64,000 nucleotides of DNA from Actinomycetota bacterium (GCA_023489275.1 JAMDDD010000006.1:29504-93503); one strand, 5' to 3'; numbered from the stretch's first letter, positions 52,675-61,926 are shown. Translations and numbers: made by a program. Notes: a model not told the origin generated them from the letters alone.

Positions 52675-54006
52675 GTGACCGATCCAGGGAAAAATTCAAA
52701 CGCAGGGAATAACCGCGGCGGCGATGCTGGCCAGGATACCTTCACTTTGGAGGCGGAGACAGAGACGGCGGCGCCCCGGCGCGGGAACCCGTTTGCCTCG
52801 CTGAAGCACCGCGATTACCGTTATTTCTGGAGCGGGGCGCTCATCTCCAACGTCGGCACCTGGATGCAGAACGTCGGCATCGGCTGGGTCGTCTTTGACC
52901 TCACCCGCGGCGGCGATTCCTCGCTGGCGCTGGGAGTTATCAACTTCCTCAACCTGCTGCCAATGACTCTGCTGACCCTGTTTGCCGGCGTCATCGCCGA
53001 CCGCGTCGACCGCAGGCGGCTGATCATCATCATGCAGGCGCTGCTGATGCTGCAGGCGTTCGTGCTGGCGCGCCTGACCCAGATAAATGAAGCCACGATA
53101 ACGATCATCGGCGTGCTGGCGCTGCTCGGCGGCATCTTCACCGCCTTTGCCTTCCCCGCCTGGCAGGCGATCATGCCTGATATCGTTCCCCGCCGGTCCC
53201 TGATGAACGCCATCGCCCTCAACGCCGCCCAGTTTAACAGCGCCCGGCTGCTGGGGCCGCTGCTGGGCGGGATCGTGTTCGCCCGCTGGGGGGCCCCGGA
53301 GATCTTCTATATCAATGGCATAAGTTTCCTTTTTGTCATCTGGGCGCTCTGGGTTATCCATCCGCAGCAGGAACGGCAGCGGCTGCGGGGCGGCGGCGCC
53401 ATGGCGACCCTCACGGCCGGCATCCGGTACGCCCGCGAAAACATCCACATCGGCTGGATGCTCATCAGCGCCTTTGCGCTCGCGCTGCTGGGGATGCCTT
53501 ATGTCACCTTGATGCCGGTGATGGCGGCCGAAGTCCTCGGCCGGGGGGCGTCCGGCTACGCGATGTTGATGGCCGCGGGCGGCTTCGGCGCTGTCGGCGG
53601 CGCCCTCTTCGTCGCCAGCAGCCCGCCCGGCGTCGGCCGGGACAGGCTGCTGCGATTCGGCCTGATGGGCATGGGCGGCTCCCTCCTTCTGTTCTCCCTG
53701 TCACGCAACTTTTACCTGTCGCTCGCCGCGGTAGCGGCGGCCGGCTTCTTCTTCCTGATGGGGATGTCGGCCAGCACGACCGGCTTGCAGGAGGCGGCCC
53801 CGGCCCGGCTCCGGGGCCGCGTCATGGCGCTGTTCGTCCTTTGCTTCGGAGGCATCCAGCCCTTTTCCGCCCTCGGTTTTGGCTCGCTGGGCCAGGTCGT
53901 TGGCGTGCCGCTCGCGATCGGCGCTGGCGCCGCGCTGCTGATGGCGTACGCCGGATTCCATTTCCTGCGGCGGGGCCTGTTGCGGCCAGCCGCGGACAGC
54001 GGCTGA
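52675..54006 (+). CDS. MFS transporter
   Basis: 443-aa ORF with about 12 TM. MFS loop motif GVIADRVDRRRL. EntS/MFS_3-like by general appearance. Confidence 0.85.
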   Translation: MTDPGKNSNAGNNRGGDAGQDTFTLEAETETAAPRRGNPFASLKHRDYRYFWSGALISNVGTWMQNVGIGWVVFDLTRGGDSSLALGVINFLNLLPMTLLTLFAGVIADRVDRRRLIIIMQALLMLQAFVLARLTQINEATITIIGVLALLGGIFTAFAFPAWQAIMPDIVPRRSLMNAIALNAAQFNSARLLGPLLGGIVFARWGAPEIFYINGISFLFVIWALWVIHPQQERQRLRGGGAMATLTAGIRYARENIHIGWMLISAFALALLGMPYVTLMPVMAAEVLGRGASGYAMLMAAGGFGAVGGALFVASSPPGVGRDRLLRFGLMGMGGSLLLFSLSRNFYLSLAAVAAAGFFFLMGMSASTTGLQEAAPARLRGRVMALFVLCFGGIQPFSALGFGSLGQVVGVPLAIGAGAALLMAYAGFHFLRRGLLRPAADSG

Positions 54007-54028
54007 TACAGAAACCAAGCGCTGGCTC

Positions 54029-54049
54029 ACGGTTTCCTGTTTCCGGTTT
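54029..54049. repeat. 7-nt periodic tract T13
   Basis: ACGGTTT|CCTGTTT|CCGGTTT, between the MFS stop and the queD start. Confidence 0.6.
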
Positions 54050-54125
54050 TGAAAAAATAAACGGGAAACTCATTGGCGCCGCCGGTTGCGGTACAATCTT
54101 TTTAGCAAATCGACCGCGGTGTTTT

Positions 54126-54491
54126 ATGGAAGTTTTCAAGACATTTTCAATCGAGGCAGCCCATTATCTGCCCACACTGCCGGCGGGCCACAAATGCCGG
54201 CGGCTCCATGGACACTCTTTCCGGGTGGAGATACACATTGCCGGTCCGGTTGACGCAGCAAGCGGCTGGGTGATGGACTTTGCCGGCATCAAACGAGCAT
54301 TTGCGCCGCTGTATCAGCAGCTGGATCATCGCTGCCTCAACGACATCCAGGGCCTGGAGAATCCAACCAGCGAGAACCTGGCCCGGTGGATCTGGAATCG
54401 GCTGCAGCCGGAACTGCCACAGCTGTCCAGAATCGTGGTCCGGGAGACCGCGTCCGCCGGCTGCGTCTACGACGGTCCGGAAGATTCTTAA
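54126..54491 (+). CDS. queD: 6-carboxy-5,6,7,8-tetrahydropterin synthase
   Basis: 121 aa from the ATG at 54126: MEVFKTFSIEAAHYLP...CRRLHGHSFRVEI...DHRCLND...PTSENLA. The ORF-track entry 53841..54491 was trimmed. Confidence 0.9.
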   Translation: MEVFKTFSIEAAHYLPTLPAGHKCRRLHGHSFRVEIHIAGPVDAASGWVMDFAGIKRAFAPLYQQLDHRCLNDIQGLENPTSENLARWIWNRLQPELPQLSRIVVRETASAGCVYDGPEDS

Positions 54492-54501
54492 AGGAGCATC
54501 G

Positions 54502-55149
54502 ATGGCTGGGAAAACCGTCTGCGTCTTCTCCGGGGGGATGGACTCGACTACACTTCTTTATCATTTGCTTGACATTAGCGACGAGGTGTTGCCGGTCTCC
54601 TTCGACTATGGCCAGCGGCACCGCAAGGAGCTTGAGTTCGCCGCCCGGACCTGCGCCCGCCTGGGCCTGAGCCACCGGCTGGTGGACATCCGCGGCGCCG
54701 GCGAGCTGCTTCAGGGCAGCGCCCTGACATCAGAGGAAATCCCTGTACCCCACGGTCATTATGAGGATAAATCCATGAGATCAACTGTAGTTCCCAATCG
54801 CAACATGATCATGCTGGCGATTGCGGGCGGCTGGGCCGTAGCCACGGGGTGCCGCCGGCTGGCAGTGGCGGTGCACGCCGGCGACCATGCGGTTTACCCG
54901 GATTGCCGGCCGGAGTTTATCCTGGATTTCGAGGCAGCGCTTCAGTCCGGGAACTACGAAAAAGTCGAAGTTTACGCCCCTTTTCTCAAGTGGAGCAAGA
55001 CAGATATAGTGAGACTTGGCCTCAGGCTGGGGATAGACTTTGAGCGAGACACCTGGAGCTGTTACGAAGGCGGCGCGGAGCCGTGCGGCAGATGCGGCAC
55101 CTGCGTGGAGCGCGCCGAGGCGCTGGCGGCGGCTCAGAGGCTAAAATAA
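54502..55149 (+). CDS. queC: 7-cyano-7-deazaguanine (preQ0) synthase
   Basis: 215 aa from the ATG at 54502, preceded by AAGGAG. PP-loop VFSGGMDSTT, VPNRNMIML, and C-terminal zinc motif CYEG...CGRCGTCVER. Confidence 0.9.
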   Translation: MAGKTVCVFSGGMDSTTLLYHLLDISDEVLPVSFDYGQRHRKELEFAARTCARLGLSHRLVDIRGAGELLQGSALTSEEIPVPHGHYEDKSMRSTVVPNRNMIMLAIAGGWAVATGCRRLAVAVHAGDHAVYPDCRPEFILDFEAALQSGNYEKVEVYAPFLKWSKTDIVRLGLRLGIDFERDTWSCYEGGAEPCGRCGTCVERAEALAAAQRLK

Positions 55150-55171
55150 ACAAACAAATGAATTGGCGGCC

Positions 55172-55603
55172 ATGACCGGCAGTTGGGAATACAAACCAAA
55201 CATTGAAGCCATGTCAGACGGGGAGCTGGCCGAGCGAATCAGTGCCGCGATGGCGTTTGATAATCCACACCCGATCCAGACGATTCCCTACGTGGGCAAA
55301 GTGTCCGAGCTTGTCACCTACGATTTTTCCGAGCTGGTAGCCCGCTGTCCGGTAACGGGTTTGCTCGATTTTTACCGCGCCCGGATTGATTTTATCCCCG
55401 GGAGCCTGCTTCCGGAGCTAAAATCGCTCAAGCTCTACTATTTCGGATTTGCCGACCTGCCGATCTCGCACGAGCATCTGGCCGCCCGCGTTTATACGGA
55501 TTTCTGTCACGCGGTGGGGCCGGTCGCCTGCCGCCTGGTGCTCACGGCCGGCATCCGGGGCGGCATCGAGACAACCGTGCTGGTCGGGGAGAAACACCTT
55601 TAA
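55172..55603 (+). CDS. queF: NADPH-dependent 7-cyano-7-deazaguanine reductase (unimodular type)
   Basis: Catalytic Cys context ARCPVTGLLDF and the motif ELKSLKLYYF. A TTG at 55163 is also possible as the start. Confidence 0.85.
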   Translation: MTGSWEYKPNIEAMSDGELAERISAAMAFDNPHPIQTIPYVGKVSELVTYDFSELVARCPVTGLLDFYRARIDFIPGSLLPELKSLKLYYFGFADLPISHEHLAARVYTDFCHAVGPVACRLVLTAGIRGGIETTVLVGEKHL

Positions 55604-55653
55604 GAAATTCGGGCAACGTTTAATGCTTAATGTTTTACCTTTGATCATGAAAG

Positions 55654-56274
55654 ATGACTTTCCTGGTAAATGATTTTTTTGTATCGCTGCAAGGCGAGGG
55701 GCCCGCGATCGGCGAGCCGGCCGCGTTCATCCGTCTCTCCGGCTGTAACCTCGCCTGCGCCTACTGTGATACCGCCCATGAAGTTGGCCGGCCGATGGAA
55801 GTGGATGCGATCCTCGATGCAATCCGAAGCTGGCCGGCGCGGGTTGTGCTCACCGGCGGCGAGCCGCTGCTGGCGGGGGGAAAACTGGTTGAGCTGGCGG
55901 CGGCGGTCAGCAATACCGGGCGGATGGTTGACATCGAGACAAACGGAACCATAGCGCCGCCTTCAGAACTTGCCGGGCTGATCGATAACTATGTCATCTC
56001 ACCCAAATTGTCAAATTCAGGGATGAGCGTGACAGAGCGGCGGCTGGCTGAGGGTTTGCCGCCGGGGCCCCTCAAGTTCGCGGTTGGCGTGGCTGAGGAA
56101 TTGGACGAGGTCGCTGCCATCGCCGCGGAGCACCCTGAGCGGCAAGTGATCATCATGCCGCTGGGCACCGGCCGCGATCAGATGCTGACCGGTCTGGAGC
56201 GGCTGCGCGCCCCGGTGCGGGCGCGGGGCTGGCGGCTGCTGCCGCGGCTCCAGGTTTTACTGGGTTTAAAATAA
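55654..56274 (+). CDS. queE: 7-carboxy-7-deazaguanine synthase (radical SAM)
   Basis: 206-aa ORF with FVSLQGEGPAIGEPAAFIRLSGCNLACAYCDT and VVLTGGEPL. Confidence 0.85.
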   Translation: MTFLVNDFFVSLQGEGPAIGEPAAFIRLSGCNLACAYCDTAHEVGRPMEVDAILDAIRSWPARVVLTGGEPLLAGGKLVELAAAVSNTGRMVDIETNGTIAPPSELAGLIDNYVISPKLSNSGMSVTERRLAEGLPPGPLKFAVGVAEELDEVAAIAAEHPERQVIIMPLGTGRDQMLTGLERLRAPVRARGWRLLPRLQVLLGLK

Positions 56275-56278
56275 AACC

Positions 56279-56350
56279 ATGGTTGCCAGTTTCCAGCTTC
56301 GAGTTTCTAGTTAAAACTTTATTCCGGTCAACCCGGAAACCAGCAACCGG
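56279..56350. repeat. 7-nt periodic tract T14 (inverted arms)
   Basis: ATGGTTG|CCAGTTT|CCAGCTT|CGAGTTT|CTAGTTA|AAACTTT, then AACCCGG|AAACCAG|CAACCGG. Starts 5 nt after the queE stop. Confidence 0.75.
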
Positions 56351-56440
56351 GATTTATCGTTATCTGGTCATAAATTAGACAAACAGGCTGCCACCGGCGG
56401 CAAAGCAATAAGCGGCGAAGGGATTGAGCCGGTTGGTCTG

Positions 56441-56463
56441 GAAAAAACGCGGCAGAAACCGCG
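56441..56463 (-). terminator. Rho-independent terminator ~180 nt downstream of pstS
   Basis: The minus strand reads CGCGGtttctgCCGCG followed by TTTTTT. Confidence 0.5.
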
Positions 56464-56568
56464 GGGAGAGACAAGCGGCAAACCCCGGCGATAACCGAGC
56501 CGGCCAGGGCAAACCTGAGAAGGGACCGGTTGGCGACGCTGAGCCGGCCGGGCAGCTCTCGCCGAAAG

Positions 56569-56605
56569 CCGTTACGGGCCCGCCGGTGTGGCGGGCCCGT
56601 AACGG
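56569..56605. terminator. 16-bp perfect hairpin just downstream of pstS
   Basis: CCGTTACGGGCCCGCC-ggtgt-GGCGGGCCCGTAACGG lies 36 nt after the pstS stop. Only a weak U-tract (CTTTCGG) follows on the minus strand. Confidence 0.45.
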
Positions 56606-56640
56606 ATCAACCTGGTACGCCATGTGCCGTAATTTGTTGC

Positions 56641-57765
56641 CTATGAAGACGGCGCCAGGCTCTTGCCGTGGTAGGTGATCTTCCGAATCTGGGCTTCGAC
56701 CTTGGTCACCATCGAGGGGGGCTGAGAGACGAAATCAAGCGAAGCCGCGTACTGCTGGCCCTGGTGAATCCCCCACCAGAGGAAGTCAACCAGCGCCTTG
56801 CCCTTGGCCTGGTCTGTCTGATCCTGGTAGACCAGGATGTAAGTGAATCCGGAGATCGGATAGGCGTTGACGCCGGGAGGATCACCGACGGATCCGGACC
56901 GGAAGTCGGCCGGCATGTTGGCCACCGCGGTCTGGATTGCCGCGTTGGTGTTATCCAGCGTCGGCGCGACAAAGTTGCCATCCTTGTTCTTCATCAGCGC
57001 CACGGGCAGATTGTTCTGCTTGGCATACGACAGCTCCACGTATCCGATAGACCCATCGGACTGCTGCACCTGGGCAGTGACGCCTTCGCTGCCCTTGCCA
57101 CCAAGGCCGACAGGCCATTTGACATCAGTGCCGTGGCCGACCTGGCTGCTCCAGTCAGGGCTGACAGCTGACAGATAACTGGTATAGATATTTGTCGTGC
57201 CGCTGCCGTCAGAACGGTGCACCACGGTAATCGGCTCGTTGGGGAAGTTGACGCCCGGGTTATCCGCCTTGAGGGCTGGATCGTTCCAGTTCTTGATCTT
57301 GCCGAGGTAGATGTCTGCCAGCGTCTGACCGGTCAGCTTCAGATTGTTGGGGACGCCCTTGACGTTATAAGTGATAGCCACGGCGCCGGCCACCGTCGGG
57401 ATGTGCAGAACTGTCCGCGGGGCCTTCTTCAGCTGGGCGTCGGTCATCGGCGCGTCGGATGCGCCCCAGTCAACCGTCTGCGCCGTGAACTGCTGGATGC
57501 CGGCACCGCTACCGATCGACTGGTAGTTCATGGTTACGTTTGGCTGAACCTTGCTGTACTCATCAAACCACTTCGTATAAATAGGATAGGCAAACGTTGA
57601 GCCCGCGCCGGTGAGGCTGGCGTTGTCGTTCCCGGCAGCGGAGCCGGTGGTGCCGCCGCCGCTGCTGCCGCAGCCGGCCGCGACGGCGATGATCCCGACA
57701 ACCACCATCATGACCGCCGCCAGCGCCACGATTTTTATAACCGCCTTGTTTTTCAAACCGATCAA
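56641..57765 (-). CDS. pstS: Phosphate ABC transporter substrate-binding lipoprotein
   Basis: 374-aa ORF with signal peptide and lipobox (VAAGC|GSSGG). PstS motifs GAGSTFAYPIY, SIGSGAGI and VHRSDGSGTT. Confidence 0.9.
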   Translation of the reverse strand: MIGLKNKAVIKIVALAAVMMVVVGIIAVAAGCGSSGGGTTGSAAGNDNASLTGAGSTFAYPIYTKWFDEYSKVQPNVTMNYQSIGSGAGIQQFTAQTVDWGASDAPMTDAQLKKAPRTVLHIPTVAGAVAITYNVKGVPNNLKLTGQTLADIYLGKIKNWNDPALKADNPGVNFPNEPITVVHRSDGSGTTNIYTSYLSAVSPDWSSQVGHGTDVKWPVGLGGKGSEGVTAQVQQSDGSIGYVELSYAKQNNLPVALMKNKDGNFVAPTLDNTNAAIQTAVANMPADFRSGSVGDPPGVNAYPISGFTYILVYQDQTDQAKGKALVDFLWWGIHQGQQYAASLDFVSQPPSMVTKVEAQIRKITYHGKSLAPSS

Positions 57766-57830
57766 TCCTCCTGAATCTTGACTTGAACTTCTCTTGACAG
57801 GCCTACGCTAGCAGAATGAAAAAATCCATA

Positions 57831-57869
57831 GGTTACAAACTGGTAAAGAATTTGTGAAAAAAAAGTTAA
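57831..57869 (-). promoter_or_regulatory. Candidate Pho box upstream of pstS (4 hexamers at 11-bp period)
   Basis: The minus strand reads TTAACTtttttTTCACAaattcTTTACCagtttGTAACC, 66-104 nt upstream of the pstS start. It resembles PhoP/PhoB-type direct repeats (TTxACA spaced 11 bp). Confidence 0.45.
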
Positions 57870-57984
57870 CAGCGCCAGATGACCGGGGGAATCTTCGGTT
57901 TCACTGCCTGGGGCGGTGGCGATCAGACGGAAGCCACGCGGGCATTTCGAGACGGTAAGGTTTTTTGCCATAATATGAACTGGT

Positions 57985-58659
57985 TTGGCAAAGCATAATC
58001 AAAAAAAGGCATCCGGCGGCAGTGGTGACGCGTCGACGGGCCCCATTGAACCCCTCCCGAGCCGGTTGCGTTTCCCCGCCGATGAGAAACAGCTGCCCTG
58101 GCTGACGGCGCTGCTCGATTCCTATGCCATCGTGGATGAGGGTGTCGTGGCTGAAATAAGGGACAGGCAGGAAAGCAGCGGCCAGCGGCCGGCCTGTCGC
58201 AAGGGCTGTGGCAACTGCTGCCAGTACCAGAAAGATGTGCCGCTCTTCCCGCATGAGCTGATGGGCATTTACTGGTACGTTTCCGAGAAGATATCAAAAG
58301 AGCGGCGGTCGAGACTGGAGCAGCGTTTCGCCGCCCACGGACCGGATTCGCATTGCCCCTTCCTGCTGGACGCCCAGTGCCAGATTCATCCTCTGCGGCC
58401 GATGGGCTGCCGCCAGTTCAACGTCTTTGGCAAGCCGTGCGAGCCCGGCGAGGATCCGTATTACACGCGCCGGGGCGATGTCATGATTCCCCTGCCCCGG
58501 TACACCGACCGCGCCTTCGCCGCCGTTTTCTCCTTCTACAGGATCAATGAGGAAGATGTCGACGGGGCAATCGGGCTCATCCGCGCCCAGATGATCAACC
58601 TGCTGGACTACAACTGGCCAAAGCTGGCGGCCGCGCTATCGGGGCTGGGAGAGGACTGA
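57985..58659 (+). CDS. YkgJ-family cysteine-cluster protein (UPF0153, CxxCxxCC)
   Basis: 224-aa ORF (TTG start, uncertain). Signature CRKGCGNCCQ, plus later CPFL...CQIHPLRPMGCRQF. Confidence 0.7.
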   Translation: MAKHNQKKASGGSGDASTGPIEPLPSRLRFPADEKQLPWLTALLDSYAIVDEGVVAEIRDRQESSGQRPACRKGCGNCCQYQKDVPLFPHELMGIYWYVSEKISKERRSRLEQRFAAHGPDSHCPFLLDAQCQIHPLRPMGCRQFNVFGKPCEPGEDPYYTRRGDVMIPLPRYTDRAFAAVFSFYRINEEDVDGAIGLIRAQMINLLDYNWPKLAAALSGLGED

Positions 58660-58748
58660 AGCGCCCGTACTGCCCGGCCCCGGCGCGAACGCCCCCCGGG
58701 AACGGGGACGCTCGCGACCTCAACCTGACCAGCTGACTATAACTATAT

Positions 58749-58970
58749 CTAGCTGATAAACACGGCTTGGCTGCTGCAGCGGGCCCGGTGGATATAAGCG
58801 CTGGCGTCATTATCCGGATGGCCGCCAACCGGCCCTTCCAGCTCGTCAAGTTCAGTCTCAACATGCTCCAGCGACAGCCCGGTCGCTTCGCAGATCTCCG
58901 CCAACGGCACCGGCAGATCCTGGTGGGAAATCAGGCAGCAGATTGTGATGTTTTGGGTTTCATCCAGCAT
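58749..58970 (-). CDS. Possible small winged-helix (FeoC-like) protein
   Basis: 73-aa ORF; ...LISHQDLPVPLAEICEATGLSLEHVETELDELEG... looks like a wHTH. The start codon lies inside a heptamer tract. Weak call. Confidence 0.3.
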   Translation of the reverse strand: MLDETQNITICCLISHQDLPVPLAEICEATGLSLEHVETELDELEGPVGGHPDNDASAYIHRARCSSQAVFIS

Positions 58971-58996
58971 CCAGCGTCCAGAATCCAGTATCCGAT
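58962..58996. repeat. 7-nt periodic tract T15
   Basis: ATCCAGC|ATCCAGC|GTCCAGA|ATCCAGT|ATCCGAT, immediately upstream of the pstC Pho box. Confidence 0.85.
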
Positions 58997-58999
58997 ATA

Positions 59000-59038
59000 T
59001 TCACATTTTTGTAACAACTTTTTAACGGCTCTGTAACC
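59000..59038 (+). promoter_or_regulatory. Candidate Pho box upstream of pstC (4 hexamers at 11-bp period)
   Basis: TTCACAtttttGTAACAactttTTAACGgctctGTAACC ends 62 nt upstream of the pstC ORF start. Confidence 0.55.
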
Positions 59039-59099
59039 TTACACCGGGATGAATCTGTTACCGTTGCCGTGATGGGTCAATTTTGCAGTTTTTCAGCTT

Positions 59100-60131
59100 T
59101 TGGAACCAAAGCGGCGCGGCACCGCCGCCGCATTGAAGGGAACACTTATATCTGACTTGAAGTCACTGGTGCGAGGCATTGGCCTGCAGGGAGCCAACCC
59201 CCTGCGGCGGCGGCTGGGCGATTCCATTTTTACCGCCCTTGTCTTCCTGGCCGCGTTCACCGTCATCATCCTGATGGCGATGATGGTGTACGAGCTGGTC
59301 CGGCAATCGCTGCCGTCAATCGAGCAGTTCGGCCTCGGATTTCTGATTTCCCGCAACTGGGACCCAATCAACAACATTTATGGCGGCCTGCCATACATTT
59401 ACGGCACTGTCGTCTCGTCCCTGCTGGCGCTGCTGATGTCGGTGCCTCTCAGCCTGGGAATCGCCATCTTCCTCAGCCAGTTTGCGCCCCGCTGGCTTCG
59501 ATCCCCGCTGGGCATCCTGGTTGATTTGCTGGCGGCCATCCCCAGCGTCGTTTACGGCCTTTGGGGAATCTTTGTCCTGGCGCCGTTTCTGGACAAGACA
59601 GTCGAGCCTTTTTTAATCAAGTACCTGGGCGGCATCCCTATTTTCGCGGGGCCGGCGTTCGGCGTCGGCCTGTTTGCCGCTTCGGTAGTGCTGGCGATCA
59701 TGATCACCCCGACGATCTCGGCTATCTCCCGGGAAGCAATGTTGAACGTGTCGCGTGACCAGAAAGAGGCGGCGCAGGCGCTGGGGGCGACGCCCTGGGA
59801 AACCGTGAGAATGTCCGTCTTGCCGCTGGCGCGGCCGGGCATCGTCGGCGCGATCATCCTGGGACTCGGGCGGGCGCTGGGAGAGACAATGGCAGTGACG
59901 ATGCTGATCGGCAACGTCCGCCAGCTGAACACCTCCATCTTTGCACCCGCTTATTCGATCGCCAGCGTCATCGCCACTGAGTTCGCCGAAGTTACGGAAG
60001 GCCCGCATATGGCGGCTCTGATTGAGATGGCGCTTATCCTGTTATTCATCACGCTCCTGCTGAATCTGCTGGCCCGCCTGCTCGTACAGAAAACCGGTAG
60101 CCGGGCCGCCAGAATCAAGGGCAGGTCATGA
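59100..60131 (+). CDS. pstC: Phosphate ABC transporter permease PstC
   Basis: 343-aa polytopic ORF (TTG start, uncertain) with the EAA-loop region SREAMLNVSRDQKEAAQALGATPWETV. Confidence 0.9.
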   Translation: MEPKRRGTAAALKGTLISDLKSLVRGIGLQGANPLRRRLGDSIFTALVFLAAFTVIILMAMMVYELVRQSLPSIEQFGLGFLISRNWDPINNIYGGLPYIYGTVVSSLLALLMSVPLSLGIAIFLSQFAPRWLRSPLGILVDLLAAIPSVVYGLWGIFVLAPFLDKTVEPFLIKYLGGIPIFAGPAFGVGLFAASVVLAIMITPTISAISREAMLNVSRDQKEAAQALGATPWETVRMSVLPLARPGIVGAIILGLGRALGETMAVTMLIGNVRQLNTSIFAPAYSIASVIATEFAEVTEGPHMAALIEMALILLFITLLLNLLARLLVQKTGSRAARIKGRS

Positions 60132-61138
60132 GCGAGGGGCTCCGGATACAAAGAGAAGAAGAATACGAAGCGGTGGAGCAAACTCCACGGCTGGCCCCCC
60201 CGTTGACAAAGCCAGAGGTTCCACCTCACGAGTCCGCGGTCGAGGGAACCGATGTCGAAATCAGCCGTGACAGCGAGCTAATCGGCCATAGCGCCGGCCG
60301 GCGGCGCAGCCGTAATTTCCGGAGCAAACTCGCTTTAACTCTCTGCGCCCTCTCGACGGTGATTGTGATGGTCCCGCTCGCGCTGATCCTGTTTTATATC
60401 GTTTACCAGGGCGCCGGCGCCCTCAACCTGAGCTTCTTTACCAGCCTGCCAAAACCCGTCGGCGAGAGCGGCGGCGGCATGGGCAACGCCATTGTCGGCT
60501 CGCTGATCCTGATCGGCATCGCGGCCGTCATCGGGGTGCCGTTCGGCGTGCTGGCCGGCACCCAGCTGGCGGAATACCGCAACCCGCGCTTAAGCTGGGT
60601 CGTCAGGCTGATGTCGGATATCTTGAGCGGCGTTCCCTCGATCATCGTCGGCATCTTCGTCTACACGCTGCTCGTTTTGACCTTTAAGCAATTCTCGGCT
60701 ATTGCCGGCGGCGTCGCCCTTGGCATTCTGATGCTGCCCACTATCGCCCGCACCACGGAAGATATGCTCCGGATGGTGCCTGACACCCTGAGGGAAGCGT
60801 CGCTGGCGCTGGGAATCCCCCGCTGGCGCACGATCACTAGCATCATGATCAAGACGGCGGGCGGCGGCATCGTCACCGGCATCATGCTGGCAACGGCCCG
60901 CGTCGCCGGCGAGACGGCGCCGCTCCTGTTCACCGCCTTGGGCAGCCGCACCTGGCCCACCGGCCTTGACAAGCCGATCGCGTCGCTGCCGGTGCAGATC
61001 TATACTTACGCGATCGCGCCATTTGACGCCTGGCACAAACAGGCATGGGCCGGATCGCTGGTGCTTGTTCTGATAGTGTTACTTTTAAGTATTGGATCAA
61101 AAATTTTCTTTGGCAGAAAAATGAAGCGAGCGAACTAG
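60128..61138 (+). CDS. pstA: Phosphate ABC transporter permease PstA
   Basis: 336-aa ORF with a 4-nt overlap with pstC. EAA-loop TTEDMLRMVPDTLREASLALGIPRWRT. About 60-aa hydrophilic N-terminal extension. Confidence 0.9.
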   Translation: MSEGLRIQREEEYEAVEQTPRLAPPLTKPEVPPHESAVEGTDVEISRDSELIGHSAGRRRSRNFRSKLALTLCALSTVIVMVPLALILFYIVYQGAGALNLSFFTSLPKPVGESGGGMGNAIVGSLILIGIAAVIGVPFGVLAGTQLAEYRNPRLSWVVRLMSDILSGVPSIIVGIFVYTLLVLTFKQFSAIAGGVALGILMLPTIARTTEDMLRMVPDTLREASLALGIPRWRTITSIMIKTAGGGIVTGIMLATARVAGETAPLLFTALGSRTWPTGLDKPIASLPVQIYTYAIAPFDAWHKQAWAGSLVLVLIVLLLSIGSKIFFGRKMKRAN

Positions 61139-61141
61139 AAA

Positions 61142-61924
61142 ATGGCAGGATATTTAGCTACAAATAACCTGAGCGCCTCCTTTGGTGGCGGCGTGCAGGC
61201 AATCGAGAATATCACGGTCGAGATTCCGGCCAACAAGGTGACCGCGATCATCGGCCCTTCCGGCTGCGGGAAGTCAACGTTCCTCCGCTGCCTCAACCGC
61301 ATGCACGAGCTGGTGCCGGGAGCCAAGGCCTCCGGCGAAGTCGTCTGGGACGGCAGGAACATTTACGCATCAGGGATGGACGCCACCGAGGTGCGGCGCG
61401 GCATCGGCATGGTGTTTCAGAAACCGAACCCGTTCCCGCTGATGTCGATCGAGGACAATGTCAGCGCCGGCCTTCGGCTCGCGTCGGGCAGGATCGGCAA
61501 GGCCAAGATCGCCGAGGTCGTTGAGCGCAGCCTGAAGCTGGCGGCGCTCTGGGATGAGGTCAAGAACAAGCTGCATAAACCGGGCGGCAGCCTCTCCGGC
61601 GGCCAGCAGCAACGGCTCTGCATTGCGCGGGCGCTGGCGGTGCAGCCAGACGTGATCCTGATGGACGAGCCGTGCTCCGCGCTCGATCCCGCCTCGACGC
61701 AGAAGATCGAGGACACGATCGACAAGCTGAAAAAGAACTATACCATCGTGATTGTCACGCACAACATGCAGCAGGCGGCGCGAGTATCTGATTTTACCGG
61801 TTTTATGCTCTCCAAGGAGATGGGCGAGCCCGGGCGGATGATTGAATACGGGCCGACAAACAAGATCTTTACGATGCCAGAGCGCAAGGAGACGGAGAAT
61901 TACATCACAGGGAGGTTCGGTTAG
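61142..61924 (+). CDS. pstB: Phosphate ABC transporter ATP-binding protein
   Basis: 260-aa ORF with [23 protein letters not shown] and [13 protein letters not shown]. Confidence 0.95.
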   Translation: MAGYLATNNLSASFGGGVQAIENITVEIPANKVTAIIGPSGCGKSTFLRCLNRMHELVPGAKASGEVVWDGRNIYASGMDATEVRRGIGMVFQKPNPFPLMSIEDNVSAGLRLASGRIGKAKIAEVVERSLKLAALWDEVKNKLHKPGGSLSGGQQQRLCIARALAVQPDVILMDEPCSALDPASTQKIEDTIDKLKKNYTIVIVTHNMQQAARVSDFTGFMLSKEMGEPGRMIEYGPTNKIFTMPERKETENYITGRFG

Positions 61925-61926
61925 CA

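Noticed and set aside
54007-54125. preQ1 riboswitch upstream of queD. An A-rich stretch GAAAAAATAAAC follows a possible small hairpin.
   Set aside because: The only stem I can draw is 3-4 bp. The conserved preQ1-I loop and the ACUA/AAGG tail arrangement next to the RBS are absent. The GTTTC repeats there belong to the heptamer family. An Infernal scan is needed to be sure.
56375-56678. ORFs 56375..56623- and 56424..56678+ downstream of pstS.
   Set aside because: They span the 16-bp hairpin and the terminator and have low-complexity Pro/Gly/Ala text. The region is more likely a non-coding 3' region.
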